A stretch of DNA of 64,000 bases, taken from NCBI GenBank assembly GCA_965226375.1, contig CBDDCX010000007.1, forward strand, positions 480,001-544,000, in the 5' to 3' direction. The position numbers and the translations under genes were made by a program. The notes beneath the pieces are model-generated. The model searched no databases. It was not told the origin of the DNA and was given only the letters and a program-made list of their open reading frames with translations. Positions 32,530 to 42,291 of this stretch are shown here, one piece after another (the first letter of the stretch is position 1; every line of letters begins with the position of its first letter). Source of the DNA: Longimicrobiales bacterium (GTDB lineage: Bacteria > Gemmatimonadota > Gemmatimonadetes > Longimicrobiales > Gaopeijiaceae).

Positions 32530-33227
32530 GCAGGCGTGTGAAGGGCGTCCCGGGCCCCGTGATCACTCTCGACGGTCCGGCCGGGTCGGGCAAGACGACT
32601 ACGGCCATGGAGCTGGCTCGGCGTCTGGGATTCTGCCACCTGGACTCCGGTGGGCTGTACAGGGCGCTGACGTTCGCGCTGCTCGAGGACGAAATCCCTT
32701 CCGCAGAATGGGGTGAATTGACCTCGAAGGACTTGGATGCCCTCGGCGTGCGGGCCGAGCCGGGTGAGGCCCGAGTGGACATCTTCCGGGGGGACAGGGC
32801 GCTTACGTCCGAGCTACGTTCTGTGGAGGTGACCGAGCATGTGCCGGTGGTGGCGAGCCTTCCGGCCGTTCGTCAGTGGCTCTTGGGCACCCAGCGTGCA
32901 CTCGGCGAGCACGGAAATCTAGTGGCGGACGGTCGGGATATGGGCACCGTCGTTTTCCCTGAAGCCGATCTCAAAGTGTTCCTGGTGGCGGGACTGGAGG
33001 CGCGAGCTCGGCGTCGGCTGTTACAGGACCTCGGAGGAGCTCCGAGCCCCGAAGCGATCACGGCCGAGGCCGGTAGAATCGAGCGTCGGGATCGGACCGA
33101 CAGCGACCGTGAACTCTCTCCTTTGCGTCGCCCAGAAGACGCGTTGGAGGTCGACACGACGACCCTTTCCTTCGAGGAACAAGTATCACTCATCTTGAAG
33201 CGGGTTAAGAACTTGACTGCCCTATAG
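32526..33227 (+). CDS. cmk: Cytidylate kinase
   Basis: DGPAGSGKTT, LDSG.LYR, ADGRDMGTVVFP. Confidence 0.96.
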   Translation: MSRRVKGVPGPVITLDGPAGSGKTTTAMELARRLGFCHLDSGGLYRALTFALLEDEIPSAEWGELTSKDLDALGVRAEPGEARVDIFRGDRALTSELRSVEVTEHVPVVASLPAVRQWLLGTQRALGEHGNLVADGRDMGTVVFPEADLKVFLVAGLEARARRRLLQDLGGAPSPEAITAEAGRIERRDRTDSDRELSPLRRPEDALEVDTTTLSFEEQVSLILKRVKNLTAL

Positions 33228-33241
33228 GGCCCCGGTAGCTT
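33213..33241 (+). promoter_or_regulatory. Putative sigma70 promoter of rpsA
   Basis: TTGACT-N17-TAGCTT overlapping the cmk 3' end. Confidence 0.65.
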
Positions 33242-33367
33242 CACCTTGCTGGGCCCCAAGCGTCGGGGCCTTCTATCCCTTTTTCAATCACCTCAACCCG
33301 GGCCGTGGCGCTGTAGGCGGGTCCGGCGAGATCAGGCACCGGCTCTTCGAGTCGGTGAAACCGACCA

Positions 33368-35890
33368 ATGACTGACCAAGAAACCCAGAGCTCCGAAAAC
33401 CCCTCCTCCGAAGAACTTCTCGAAGCCGCCACAGACGCTTCAACCGCGGAGGCCCCCGATGAAACGGCCGAGGCTGGCTCCGAAGAATCACCCACATCAG
33501 TTGCCGGCTCCGACGCCGTCGTCGAAGAACCCGAAGCAGCCGACCTTGCCGACGTAGCCGAGCCCGAAGCCGAGGTGGATACGTCCCAAGCGAACGGCGC
33601 CGCCATGGTTGCTATGCCGCTCGGCGCCGACGGGATCTCTCCGGAACTCCACTCGGATCCGTACGGCGAAGAAGAGCTCGACATCTCTTCCGCCGACTTC
33701 GAGGCGCTGCTCTCCGAGCACGCCATTACCATGGGCGACTTCCGTGAAGGGGAGATCGTCAAGGCGAAGGTTCTCCGGGTGACCGATACCATGGTCATCC
33801 TCGAATTCGGCTTCAAGAGTGAGGGGGCCGTAGCACTCGACGAGTTCAAGGACCGTGACAGCATCGAGCCCGGCCAAGAGGTGGAGGTTCTTCTCGAGAG
33901 TCTGGAAGACGATGACGGCATCGTCGTTCTCTCCAAGAAGAAGGCGGACTTCCTGCGGGTATGGGAGAAAATTCGCGAGGCGCACGAGGCGGACGAGCCT
34001 GTCGAGGGTATGCTGACGCGCAAGATCAAGGGTGGAGTTACGGTCGACATCATGGGCGTCGACGCGTTCCTTCCCGGTTCGCAGATCGCTCTTCGCAGGG
34101 TGCCGAACATCGAGGATCTTCTGGGACAGATCTTCGAGTTCAAGATCATCAAGCTCAACAAGCGTCGTCGCAACATCGTGGTGTCGCGCAGGGTGATCCT
34201 CGAGGGAGAGCGCGAGAAGAAGCGCGAGACCTTGGTCAAGGAGTTGCTGGTCGGGCAGGTGCGCGAGGGCGTGGTCAAGAACATCACCGACTTCGGTGCG
34301 TTCATCGATCTGGGCGGACTGGACGGACTCCTGCACATCACCGATATGTCGTGGGGCCGGGTGGGCCACCCGACCGAGGTCGTGGACATCGGGGCCAAGA
34401 TCGACGTGAAGGTGCTGGACATCGATTGGGATCGCGAGCGGATCTCTCTCGGCCTGAAGCAGCTTCTGCCCTATCCCTGGACCGACATCGACAAGAAGTA
34501 CCCGGTCGGTTCGCGGGTCCGTGGAAAAGTCGTTTCGATCACGAACTACGGTGCGTTCATCGAATTGCAAAAAGGTGTCGAGGGACTGGTCCACATCTCC
34601 GAAATGTCGTGGACTCGCAACATCCGACATCCCTCCAAGCTCGTGAACATCGCAGACGAGATCGAAGCGGTGGTGCTGAAAGTGGATCCGAACGACGAGA
34701 AAATCTCGCTCGGCATGAAGCAGATCGAGGAAGATCCGTGGTTGGCGCTCCCCGTGAAGTACCCGACCGGCACGCATCTGGGCGGTACGGTCCGCAACCT
34801 CACTTCGTTCGGCGCCTTCGTCGAGATCGAACCCGGAATCGACGGCCTGGTGCACGTCTCCGACATGAGTTGGACCAAGCGGGTCGAGCACCCCTCCGAG
34901 ATCGTTCAGAAGGGTGACGAGGTACAGGTTCTGGTACTCGACGTCGATGCCGAAGCGAAGCGGATATCCCTGGGTATCAAGCAGCTTCAGGACGACCCGT
35001 GGCCCGTGATCGCCGAGCGATTCTCCGCTGGTGTCGAGCCGGAGGGATCCGTGGCTCGAGTGCAGGAAAAGGGCGTGGTCGTGGACCTGGGTGATGACAT
35101 CGAAGGCTTTTCTCCCACGTCGCACACCGGACTGGATGATGATGCGGTGCTGGGTGAGTACTTCAGACGCGGTGAGCCGCTGAAGCTCAAGGTCATCGAA
35201 TCAGATGCCTCCAATCGGCGTATCGTTCTCGAAATCGGCGAGGTACCGGAGCGGATTGATCTGCCGGAGCCCGAGCCGGAGGAGGCCGAGGCGGAAGCTG
35301 GAGCTCCCGAGGTGGCAGCCGTGACGAGTGATGACTCCAGTGAGGCGGCGTCCGAAGCTGCCGACGAGCCTGAGGCGGAGGTCGAAGACGCCGCCGTCGA
35401 AGCTGCGGAGGCGCCGGCAGAGACCGACGACGAGCCTGAAGAGGCCGCTACCGCTGAAGCTGAGGAGGGGGCCGAGGAGGCTGCCGATGATGCTGAAGAG
35501 GCCGTTGAGGCTGCGGACGAGCCGGCAGAGACCGACGACGAGCCTGAAGAGGCCGCTGCCGCTGAAGCTGAGGAGGGGGCCGAGGAGGCTGCCGATGATG
35601 CTGAAGAGGCCGCTGAAGCTGCGGACGAACCGGCAGAGACCGGCGACGAGCCTGGAGAGGCCGCTGAAGCTGCGGACGAACCGGCAGAGACCAGCGACGA
35701 GCCTGAAGAGGCCGTTGAAGCTGCGGACGAGCCGGTAGAGACCGACGACGAGCCTGAAGAGGCCGCTGCCGCTGAAGCTGAGGAGGGAGCCGAGGAGGCT
35801 GCCGCCGAAGCTGACGAGGAGGGTGACTCCGCCGAAGAGGTAGAGGAGCCTGCCGAAGAGGCCGAGGAAGAGACCAAAGAAGAGGCTTGA
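33368..35890 (+). CDS. rpsA: 30S ribosomal protein S1 with long acidic N- and C-terminal extensions
   Basis: Repeated S1 domains (GAFIDLGGLDGLLHITDMSW, GAFIEL..GVEGLVHISEMSW, GAFVEI..GIDGLVHVSDMSW); follows cmk. Confidence 0.97.
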   Translation: MTDQETQSSENPSSEELLEAATDASTAEAPDETAEAGSEESPTSVAGSDAVVEEPEAADLADVAEPEAEVDTSQANGAAMVAMPLGADGISPELHSDPYGEEELDISSADFEALLSEHAITMGDFREGEIVKAKVLRVTDTMVILEFGFKSEGAVALDEFKDRDSIEPGQEVEVLLESLEDDDGIVVLSKKKADFLRVWEKIREAHEADEPVEGMLTRKIKGGVTVDIMGVDAFLPGSQIALRRVPNIEDLLGQIFEFKIIKLNKRRRNIVVSRRVILEGEREKKRETLVKELLVGQVREGVVKNITDFGAFIDLGGLDGLLHITDMSWGRVGHPTEVVDIGAKIDVKVLDIDWDRERISLGLKQLLPYPWTDIDKKYPVGSRVRGKVVSITNYGAFIELQKGVEGLVHISEMSWTRNIRHPSKLVNIADEIEAVVLKVDPNDEKISLGMKQIEEDPWLALPVKYPTGTHLGGTVRNLTSFGAFVEIEPGIDGLVHVSDMSWTKRVEHPSEIVQKGDEVQVLVLDVDAEAKRISLGIKQLQDDPWPVIAERFSAGVEPEGSVARVQEKGVVVDLGDDIEGFSPTSHTGLDDDAVLGEYFRRGEPLKLKVIESDASNRRIVLEIGEVPERIDLPEPEPEEAEAEAGAPEVAAVTSDDSSEAASEAADEPEAEVEDAAVEAAEAPAETDDEPEEAATAEAEEGAEEAADDAEEAVEAADEPAETDDEPEEAAAAEAEEGAEEAADDAEEAAEAADEPAETGDEPGEAAEAADEPAETSDEPEEAVEAADEPVETDDEPEEAAAAEAEEGAEEAAAEADEEGDSAEEVEEPAEEAEEETKEEA
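35399..35820 (+). repeat. In-frame tandem repeats (108-bp and 51-bp units) in the rpsA tail
   Basis: EAADEPAETDDEPEEAAAAEAEEGAEEAADDAEEA x2 plus a partial third, and EAADEPAETxDEPxEAx x2; near-identical DNA. Confidence 0.9.
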
Positions 35891-35903
35891 GGGAGGGCCG
35901 TCC

Positions 35904-37919
35904 ATGGATTGCCTCGACGTGAAAGCCCGGATGCCTTTGGTGTCCGGGCTTTCTGGTTTTCTCAGCATGGTGATTAGCCGGACACCCTCGGTGTCCGGGC
36001 TTTCTGTTGTCCTGAGCCGGGTGACTAGCCGGACACCGTTGGTGTCCGGGCTTTTCGTTTGCCTGAGCGTCGTCGTCCTCGCGTGTTCTACTGTAGGGGC
36101 GGCGGTCGATACCGAGTCGGGCCCGACCGATCCGGCGCTCGAGGCGGGATCGATCAGCTCGGCCGATCAGGCGGAGTCCGACCGTCTCCTTGCCGAGGCC
36201 CAGGCTGCTCTGGATGCGGGGAACTTCGTGCGGGCCGAGGAGTTGGCCCTCGAGGTGGAAGCTTCATATGCGACCGCAAGGGGAAGCTCTCGGGCGCTGG
36301 TGATCCGCGCTCAAGCGTCCGAAGCGACCGGCAAGCCCGATGAAGCCTTGGCGGCGGTCCGCCGGTTCCGCACCTACCTGCCGGAGGATGACGACCGTCG
36401 ACCGGCCATGACGATCCGGGAAGGGGACCTCCTGGAGGCCCTGGGGCGACCTACGCAGGCCATGGAGGCGTGGTTGAGCGCGCCGACCGGAAGCGGCGAT
36501 GACGCTGTATTCGAACGCGTCTCCGGGCGCGTGGCAGAATTCTCCCAGGTCGATCTCGCACGACTGGCGGAGACCGGTGGTGCCCACGTGTCACCGGTTT
36601 TGGCGGAGTTGGCATTGAAGCAGTACGCAGCGGGCGCGGGAGCGGACGCTCAAACCTCCGCCCGCCAGGCTCTCGAGGCGGGGGCCACGGGTCGGGCGCG
36701 GCGGATCGCCGAGGGAGTCCTATCAGGCGACATGACCGAGTTTCTCACGGCTCCGGGCATCGGTGCGATACTCCCCACGAGTGGATCTCCTCGGCTGCGG
36801 GAGTTCTCCGAGCTGATTCAGGAAGGGATGCGAATCGCGCTCGAGCAGTTCGGTCAGGCCGAAGGGAATCGTGCGGCCGCCGAGTTGGTCATCCAGGACA
36901 ACAGGGGGGTCGTCGGGAATGCGACCCGACTTCTGGCGGCCCTCGATTCCGCGAACGCCCTCGGGGTCGTCGGTCCGCTACAAGACGGAGCGCTCGCTGA
37001 TGTGGCCCGTCAACGGCAGGGTCTGCTGGCCATGATCTCGCCCACGGCACCCATCGTTCCGGAAGGCGTCGAGGGGGTCTACTCTCTCGCCGGGGACGAT
37101 CCGGGAGCCTCACAGGCGCTTGCCCGCTACGCCATGGACAGCGATCTGCAGACCGCCGTGGTCATGTACCCAGAGAGCCGCGACGCGACGTTCGAGGCCC
37201 GATCGTTCGTAGAGGCGTTCGAGTCGCTGGGCGGTTCGGTTCTGCGTGAATTCGTGTATCCGGCGGGCGCCACGTTCTTTGGGGAGCAACTCCAAGAGAT
37301 CGACTCTCTTCGTCCCGCGGTTCTGGTGCTGCCTCTGCCGGAAAGAGACGTCGAACTGATGGCCCCCCAGGTGACCTTTTACGGACTCGACTCCCTCGAG
37401 ATCAGGGTTCTGGGCACCGCGGGGTGGACGGACGAAGAAATGCTGGCTAGGGTGGCTACCCGACATACCGACGGGGTCGTGGCGGCGTCCCCTCAGCCGC
37501 CTGATGGCGAATCCGCGGGGTATCGCCGCTTCGTGGACGCCTATGAGGCGTATCACCAGCGCACGCTGCCCAGCACGGTCCCGGCGTTGGGCTACGATGC
37601 GGCGGCCCTTCTACTCGAGGGTATCCGACTGGGGGCGAATACACCCGCGCAGCTTCTGGCCAATCTCGAGAACATATCGCAATGGCCTGGGGCCACGGGG
37701 GTCTTTTCCATCGAAGACGGGCGTGTGGTGCGGGAGCACTTCGTCATATGTCTCCAGGACCGGCGAGTTCGAGTCATGCCGGACAGGGCGCGAGCCGAGC
37801 CGATTCTGTTGCCACCGCTCCCTGACCCGGAGACGGACTCGATTCCTGAGGACGCACCGGATCGAATCGTGGGGTTTCGCTGTCCCACCGTCTCGCCTAC
37901 AGTCCCGCCCGGGCGCTAA
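35904..37919 (+). CDS. Lipoprotein with helical/TPR-like region and type I periplasmic-binding fold (LpoA-like); start uncertain, possibly 35967-36021
   Basis: Lipobox VVLAC; IGAILP.SG, VVGPL, ALGYDA, GATG.FS. Confidence 0.7.
   Translation: MDCLDVKARMPLVSGLSGFLSMVISRTPSVSGLSVVLSRVTSRTPLVSGLFVCLSVVVLACSTVGAAVDTESGPTDPALEAGSISSADQAESDRLLAEAQAALDAGNFVRAEELALEVEASYATARGSSRALVIRAQASEATGKPDEALAAVRRFRTYLPEDDDRRPAMTIREGDLLEALGRPTQAMEAWLSAPTGSGDDAVFERVSGRVAEFSQVDLARLAETGGAHVSPVLAELALKQYAAGAGADAQTSARQALEAGATGRARRIAEGVLSGDMTEFLTAPGIGAILPTSGSPRLREFSELIQEGMRIALEQFGQAEGNRAAAELVIQDNRGVVGNATRLLAALDSANALGVVGPLQDGALADVARQRQGLLAMISPTAPIVPEGVEGVYSLAGDDPGASQALARYAMDSDLQTAVVMYPESRDATFEARSFVEAFESLGGSVLREFVYPAGATFFGEQLQEIDSLRPAVLVLPLPERDVELMAPQVTFYGLDSLEIRVLGTAGWTDEEMLARVATRHTDGVVAASPQPPDGESAGYRRFVDAYEAYHQRTLPSTVPALGYDAAALLLEGIRLGANTPAQLLANLENISQWPGATGVFSIEDGRVVREHFVICLQDRRVRVMPDRARAEPILLPPLPDPETDSIPEDAPDRIVGFRCPTVSPTVPPGR
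35921..36068 (+). repeat. Three 51-bp tandem units, each containing a terminator-like hairpin plus T-rich tract
   Basis: GGTGTCCGGGCTTT at 35939, 35990 and 36041; hairpins GAAAGCCCGGATGCC-TTT-GGTGTCCGGGCTTTC and CCGGACACC-nnn-GGTGTCCGG (x2). Confidence 0.9.
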
Positions 37920-37970
37920 CCTTACCAGCGGTAGTACTTCGACGGCCTTCGAGAGGAGAAAGAACAACGG

Positions 37971-39521
37971 ATGTCGATGGAGGAGAAGCTTGCGCGTCTG
38001 CAGGAGCTCGGTAGAGAGGCGACGCTCGGTGGCGGCGAGGCCCGCCAGGCCGCGCAGAAAGAACGCGGCAAACTATCGGCTCGGCAGCGGATCGATCTGC
38101 TCCTGGACGAAGACTCGTTCGTGGAGCTCGACCGCTTCGTAACACACCGTTCTACCGACTTCGGTCTTGCCGACAAGCGAATTCTCGGCGATGGCGTGGT
38201 GACGGGGTACGGGACGATTCACGGGCGCCTCGTGTACGCCTTCTCCCAGGACTTTACCGTTTTCGGGGGCTCGCTGTCGGAGGCTCACGCCGAAAAAATC
38301 GTGAAACTTCAGGAGATGTCCCTGAAGAACGGAGCGCCGCTCATCGGGCTGAACGACTCGGGGGGCGCCCGTATTCAGGAGGGAGTGGTCTCGCTGGGTG
38401 GGTACGCCGACATCTTCTTGAGAAACACTTTAGCGTCCGGTGTCATCCCCCAAATCAGCGTCGTCCTGGGTCCCTGCGCCGGCGGTGCCGTCTATTCTCC
38501 GGCCATCACGGACTTCGTATACATGGTCCGCGGCGTCAGCTACATGTTCGTCACCGGCCCCAACGTAGTGAAGACGGTGACCCACGAAGACGTGGATATG
38601 GAAGGCCTGGGGGGAGCCGACGTCCATGGGTCGACCTCGGGGGTCGCCCATTTTGTGCACGATTCAGAGCCCGAATGCCTCGGGGCCGTGCGGGACCTCA
38701 TGGCCTTCCTTCCGCAGAACAACACCGAGCTGTCACCCTCTCGAGAGACGTCCGATCCACACGATCGTAGAGACGAGAAATTACTTGAGATCGTACCAGA
38801 TAACCCCAATAAGCCATACGATATACATGATGTCATAAGTCGGGTTGTGGACGACGGCGAGTTCTACGAGGTCCACGAGCTGTTCGCCCGGAATCTCACG
38901 GTCGGGTTCGCACACATCGGGGGCCATGCTGTGGGTGTGATCGCGAATCAGCCTGCGGTACTGGCAGGGGTCCTCGACATCGATTCATCTGTGAAAGGCG
39001 CACGGTTCGTTCGGTTTTGCGACGCCTTCAACATTCCGCTCATCGTCTTCGAGGACGTGCCCGGGTTCCTGCCCGGTGTAGGGCAGGAGCACGGCGGGAT
39101 CATCCGGCACGGGGCCAAGCTGCTCTACGCCTTCTCCGAGGCTACCGTGCCCAAGATCACGGTAATTACGCGTAAGGCCTACGGCGGCGCCTATGACGTC
39201 ATGAACTCGAAGCACGTTCGGGGAGACATCAACCTCGCCTGGCCTACGGCCGAGATCGCCGTCATGGGCCCAAAGGGTGCCGTGGAGGTGATGTTCCGGA
39301 AGGAGATCGCCGAATCTGATGACCCGGAGGGCGCCACGGACGCCCGTATCGAGGAGTATCGCGAGCAGTTTGCCCATCCCTACATCGCAGCGGCTCGCGG
39401 ATACATCGACGACGTCATAGACCCCCGCGACACGCGGCTCCGGCTCATCAGCTCTCTTGACATGCTCCGCAACAAGCGCGATGAGAACCCGCGCAAGAAA
39501 CACGGCAACCTCCCGCTCTAG
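37971..39521 (+). CDS. pccB: Acyl-CoA (propionyl-CoA) carboxylase beta subunit
   Basis: [46 protein letters not shown]. Confidence 0.92.
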   Translation: MSMEEKLARLQELGREATLGGGEARQAAQKERGKLSARQRIDLLLDEDSFVELDRFVTHRSTDFGLADKRILGDGVVTGYGTIHGRLVYAFSQDFTVFGGSLSEAHAEKIVKLQEMSLKNGAPLIGLNDSGGARIQEGVVSLGGYADIFLRNTLASGVIPQISVVLGPCAGGAVYSPAITDFVYMVRGVSYMFVTGPNVVKTVTHEDVDMEGLGGADVHGSTSGVAHFVHDSEPECLGAVRDLMAFLPQNNTELSPSRETSDPHDRRDEKLLEIVPDNPNKPYDIHDVISRVVDDGEFYEVHELFARNLTVGFAHIGGHAVGVIANQPAVLAGVLDIDSSVKGARFVRFCDAFNIPLIVFEDVPGFLPGVGQEHGGIIRHGAKLLYAFSEATVPKITVITRKAYGGAYDVMNSKHVRGDINLAWPTAEIAVMGPKGAVEVMFRKEIAESDDPEGATDARIEEYREQFAHPYIAAARGYIDDVIDPRDTRLRLISSLDMLRNKRDENPRKKHGNLPL

Positions 39522-39606
39522 GCAACGCTCGCCACCATCATCCGCATCACAGGGTGGACTGCGAGCGACCGGCTCGGACGTGAGGACCAAACGGGAGGTA
39601 AGGACG

Positions 39607-40596
39607 GTGAAGCTGGATAACACGATGAGGTGGCTGACCGCGGTCGCGCTGGCTCTCACGGCAATGCCCGCGGGCACCGAGGCACAAGACAGAGAGTGGG
39701 AGATGAGACGCGGTTCGACATTTACGATGCCGCACATGTTCGTACAGAGCGCCTCCAGGGCCCGCTTGGGCCTCTACCTCGATGCTCGGCAATCCAGGCG
39801 TTACGACGACCAGGGAGCCTTGATCACCGACGTCATGCACGGATCACCGGCAGAGGATGCCGGGCTGCGAGACGGGGATATCATCACGGCTTTCGATCGG
39901 CAGTTCTTGATTGAACCCCTGCCTGACGCCGCAATGGAGGACGAGCTGGATCGTGACGAGTCGCTTCCGGCACAGCGGGTGCTGGCGTTGGCTCGTGAAG
40001 TCGAGCCCGGGCAGACCGTCGAGATTCAATACATTCGGGACGGTGAGTCCCATTCCGTCGAGATCGTCGCCGAGGAGTTCGATTTCCCCCGCGTGATGAC
40101 CTTCGGAAACGGGAGCGGGAACTGGGATGGTGGGAACTGGACGTTCGACATGGATGAGGGTCACATCGAGGTGAGGGCCGAGGAGATGGCCGAGGAGATG
40201 GCCGAGCGCATGAAGCACCTGGAGGGTCGTCTGGGTGACGGGCGTGGCTTCTCGGGATTGTACTCATTCTTCGGTAATGACTGCCCGGGATCCAGGAGTT
40301 CATGGGGCAGCGATACGAGAGGCTGTGCCGCGGGAGTGGAGTTCCGCGAGCTCAATCCGCGTCTCGGCGAATACTTCGATGCGGACAGTGGCGTCCTGGT
40401 CATCGATGTGGACGAGGATTCGGCTCTGGGCCTCATGCCGGGTGACGTCGTCATGGCGGTGGGGGCTCGCGAGGTCGACACCGTCGATCGGGTCCGTCGC
40501 CTCATCAACTCGTACGAGGAAGACGAGCCCATCCGCATGACCATCATGCGCAAGGGTACCGAACAGGTCATTGAGGGCTCATTGGTACCGTACTAG
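39607..40596 (+). CDS. Exported two-PDZ-domain protein without protease domain
   Basis: Signal peptide; GSPAEDAGLRDGDII and second PDZ LGLMPGDVVMAV. Confidence 0.8.
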   Translation: MKLDNTMRWLTAVALALTAMPAGTEAQDREWEMRRGSTFTMPHMFVQSASRARLGLYLDARQSRRYDDQGALITDVMHGSPAEDAGLRDGDIITAFDRQFLIEPLPDAAMEDELDRDESLPAQRVLALAREVEPGQTVEIQYIRDGESHSVEIVAEEFDFPRVMTFGNGSGNWDGGNWTFDMDEGHIEVRAEEMAEEMAERMKHLEGRLGDGRGFSGLYSFFGNDCPGSRSSWGSDTRGCAAGVEFRELNPRLGEYFDADSGVLVIDVDEDSALGLMPGDVVMAVGAREVDTVDRVRRLINSYEEDEPIRMTIMRKGTEQVIEGSLVPY

Positions 40597-40623
40597 AAGG
40601 CTCTTCGAGCCAAGCGGAACATC

Positions 40624-40662
40624 AAGCCGGGGCAGGCGCGTCGACGCCTGCCCCGGCTTTGT
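40624..40662 (+). terminator. Intrinsic terminator
   Basis: AAGCCGGGGCAGGCG-CGTCGA-CGCCTGCCCCGGCTT-TGTATTCTT. Confidence 0.75.
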
Positions 40663-40797
40663 ATTCTTCCAGCGTGTCTTCAATCAGCCTTCTAGGGTTT
40701 ACACTCCCCACGCCCACCGCCAAACTTCTCGTGCTGTCCCTTGTCAGGGATGCCTTCCACGGCCTCTCGACCTCCTCGACAACCGAAGCCCCACTTC

Positions 40798-42291
40798 ATG
40801 TTCGACACCGTCCTCGTGGCCAATCGTGGCGAGATCGCCGTCCGGATCATTCGGGCGTGCCGCGAGATGGGTCTACGCTCCGTGGCCGTCTACTCGGAGG
40901 CGGACCGGCTCGCCCCCCATGTGCTTTATGCAGACGAGGCCTACCCGGTGGGGCCGGCGCCGTCAGCGGAGAGTTATCTGCGTGGGGATCGTCTGGTTGA
41001 AGTCGCCCGCGAGACAGGAGCCGGGGCGGTCCACCCCGGCTACGGATTCCTGGCGGAGCGAGCGTCCTTCGCGTCTCAGGTGGAAGAGGCGGGTCTGGTC
41101 TTCATCGGTCCACGGCCGGAGACCATCGATGCCATGGGCGACAAGACTGAAGCCCGTCGTAGGATGCAAGCCGCCGGCGTCTCGATCGTTCCGGGCGGCA
41201 TCGACCCCGTGTCTGACGCCGTCGAGGCGGCGGCCGTGGCTCTGGAGATCGGATTTCCGCTGCTGCTCAAGGCCGCCGCTGGGGGCGGGGGAAAAGGGAT
41301 GCGGATCGTCGACAGCGCCGATGCGGTCCACGGTGCTTTCGAGGCGGCTACGAGAGAGGCCGTAGCCGCCTTCGGGGACGGCTCCATCTACCTCGAGAAG
41401 TACCTCGCTCATCCGCGCCACATCGAGATTCAGATCCTGGGGGACAGCTCGGGGCGGGTGGTCCATCTCGGCGAGCGCGAGTGCTCCATCCAACGACGTC
41501 ATCAGAAGCTCATCGAAGAGGCGCCTTCGGCGCTACTCACCACCCAGGAGCGGGCGTCCATGGGTGAGGCGGCCGTGCAGGCCGCCAGAGCCGTCGACTA
41601 CCGGGGCGCGGGCACGGTGGAGTTTCTGTACAGCGACGGCCAGTTCTACTTCCTGGAGATGAACACACGGATCCAGGTGGAGCATCCCGTTACAGAGTGG
41701 GTGACGGGCATCGATCTGGTGCAGTGGCAGATCCGGATCGCTCGGGGTGAGGAGCTCGATTTCGAGCAAGACGACGTGTCGCTCACCGGGCACTCCATCG
41801 AGTGCCGAATCACGAGTGAGGATCCCCGGAACGGATTTCTCCCGTCCATCGGACGGGTGGACCGCCTAGACGTACCGGATGGGCCGGGCATTCGCTGGGA
41901 CGGGGGAATTCGGGAAGGCTTCGAGGTGGGTCTCCACTACGATCCGTTGCTGGCCAAACTCATCGTGCATGCGCGCACCCGAGAAGAGGCGATCGATCGC
42001 ATGGGCAGGGCTCTCGATGAGCTGGTGATCGTCGGAATCGAGACGAGTGCCTCGTTCCATCGAGGTGTGATGGATGAAGAGGACTTCCGGGCTGGCCGGC
42101 TCAGCACCGCGTATCTGGAGGAGCACCCCGAGTTGCTGGACGCCGGTGACGAAGGTCTTCGGATCTCCGCGGTGGCCGCTGCCGTGCTCGAGCACCAGGC
42201 GCGCCAGAGCGCCGGGTTGTCCCGGATAGGCGGCGGCGATGGCGTGGGGTTGTCACCGTGGCGCGCTTCGGGTTGGCCGTGGACGAGTTGA
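40798..42291 (+). CDS. accC: Biotin carboxylase subunit (acyl-CoA carboxylase)
   Basis: VLVANRGEIA, HPGYGFLAE, GGGGKGMR, ERECSIQRRHQK, EMNTRIQVEHPVTE. Confidence 0.95.
   Translation: MFDTVLVANRGEIAVRIIRACREMGLRSVAVYSEADRLAPHVLYADEAYPVGPAPSAESYLRGDRLVEVARETGAGAVHPGYGFLAERASFASQVEEAGLVFIGPRPETIDAMGDKTEARRRMQAAGVSIVPGGIDPVSDAVEAAAVALEIGFPLLLKAAAGGGGKGMRIVDSADAVHGAFEAATREAVAAFGDGSIYLEKYLAHPRHIEIQILGDSSGRVVHLGERECSIQRRHQKLIEEAPSALLTTQERASMGEAAVQAARAVDYRGAGTVEFLYSDGQFYFLEMNTRIQVEHPVTEWVTGIDLVQWQIRIARGEELDFEQDDVSLTGHSIECRITSEDPRNGFLPSIGRVDRLDVPDGPGIRWDGGIREGFEVGLHYDPLLAKLIVHARTREEAIDRMGRALDELVIVGIETSASFHRGVMDEEDFRAGRLSTAYLEEHPELLDAGDEGLRISAVAAAVLEHQARQSAGLSRIGGGDGVGLSPWRASGWPWTS

Noticed and set aside
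33497..35968. Long antisense ORFs opposite rpsA, and similar shadows opposite argG, nadA, argS and the PLP enzyme
   Set aside because: Expected from codon bias in high-GC genes; no motifs or RBS.
35921..36068. 51-bp periodic palindromic repeats as a mini CRISPR array
   Set aside because: The intervening segments resemble each other rather than being unique spacers, the units end in T-tracts, and there are no cas genes.
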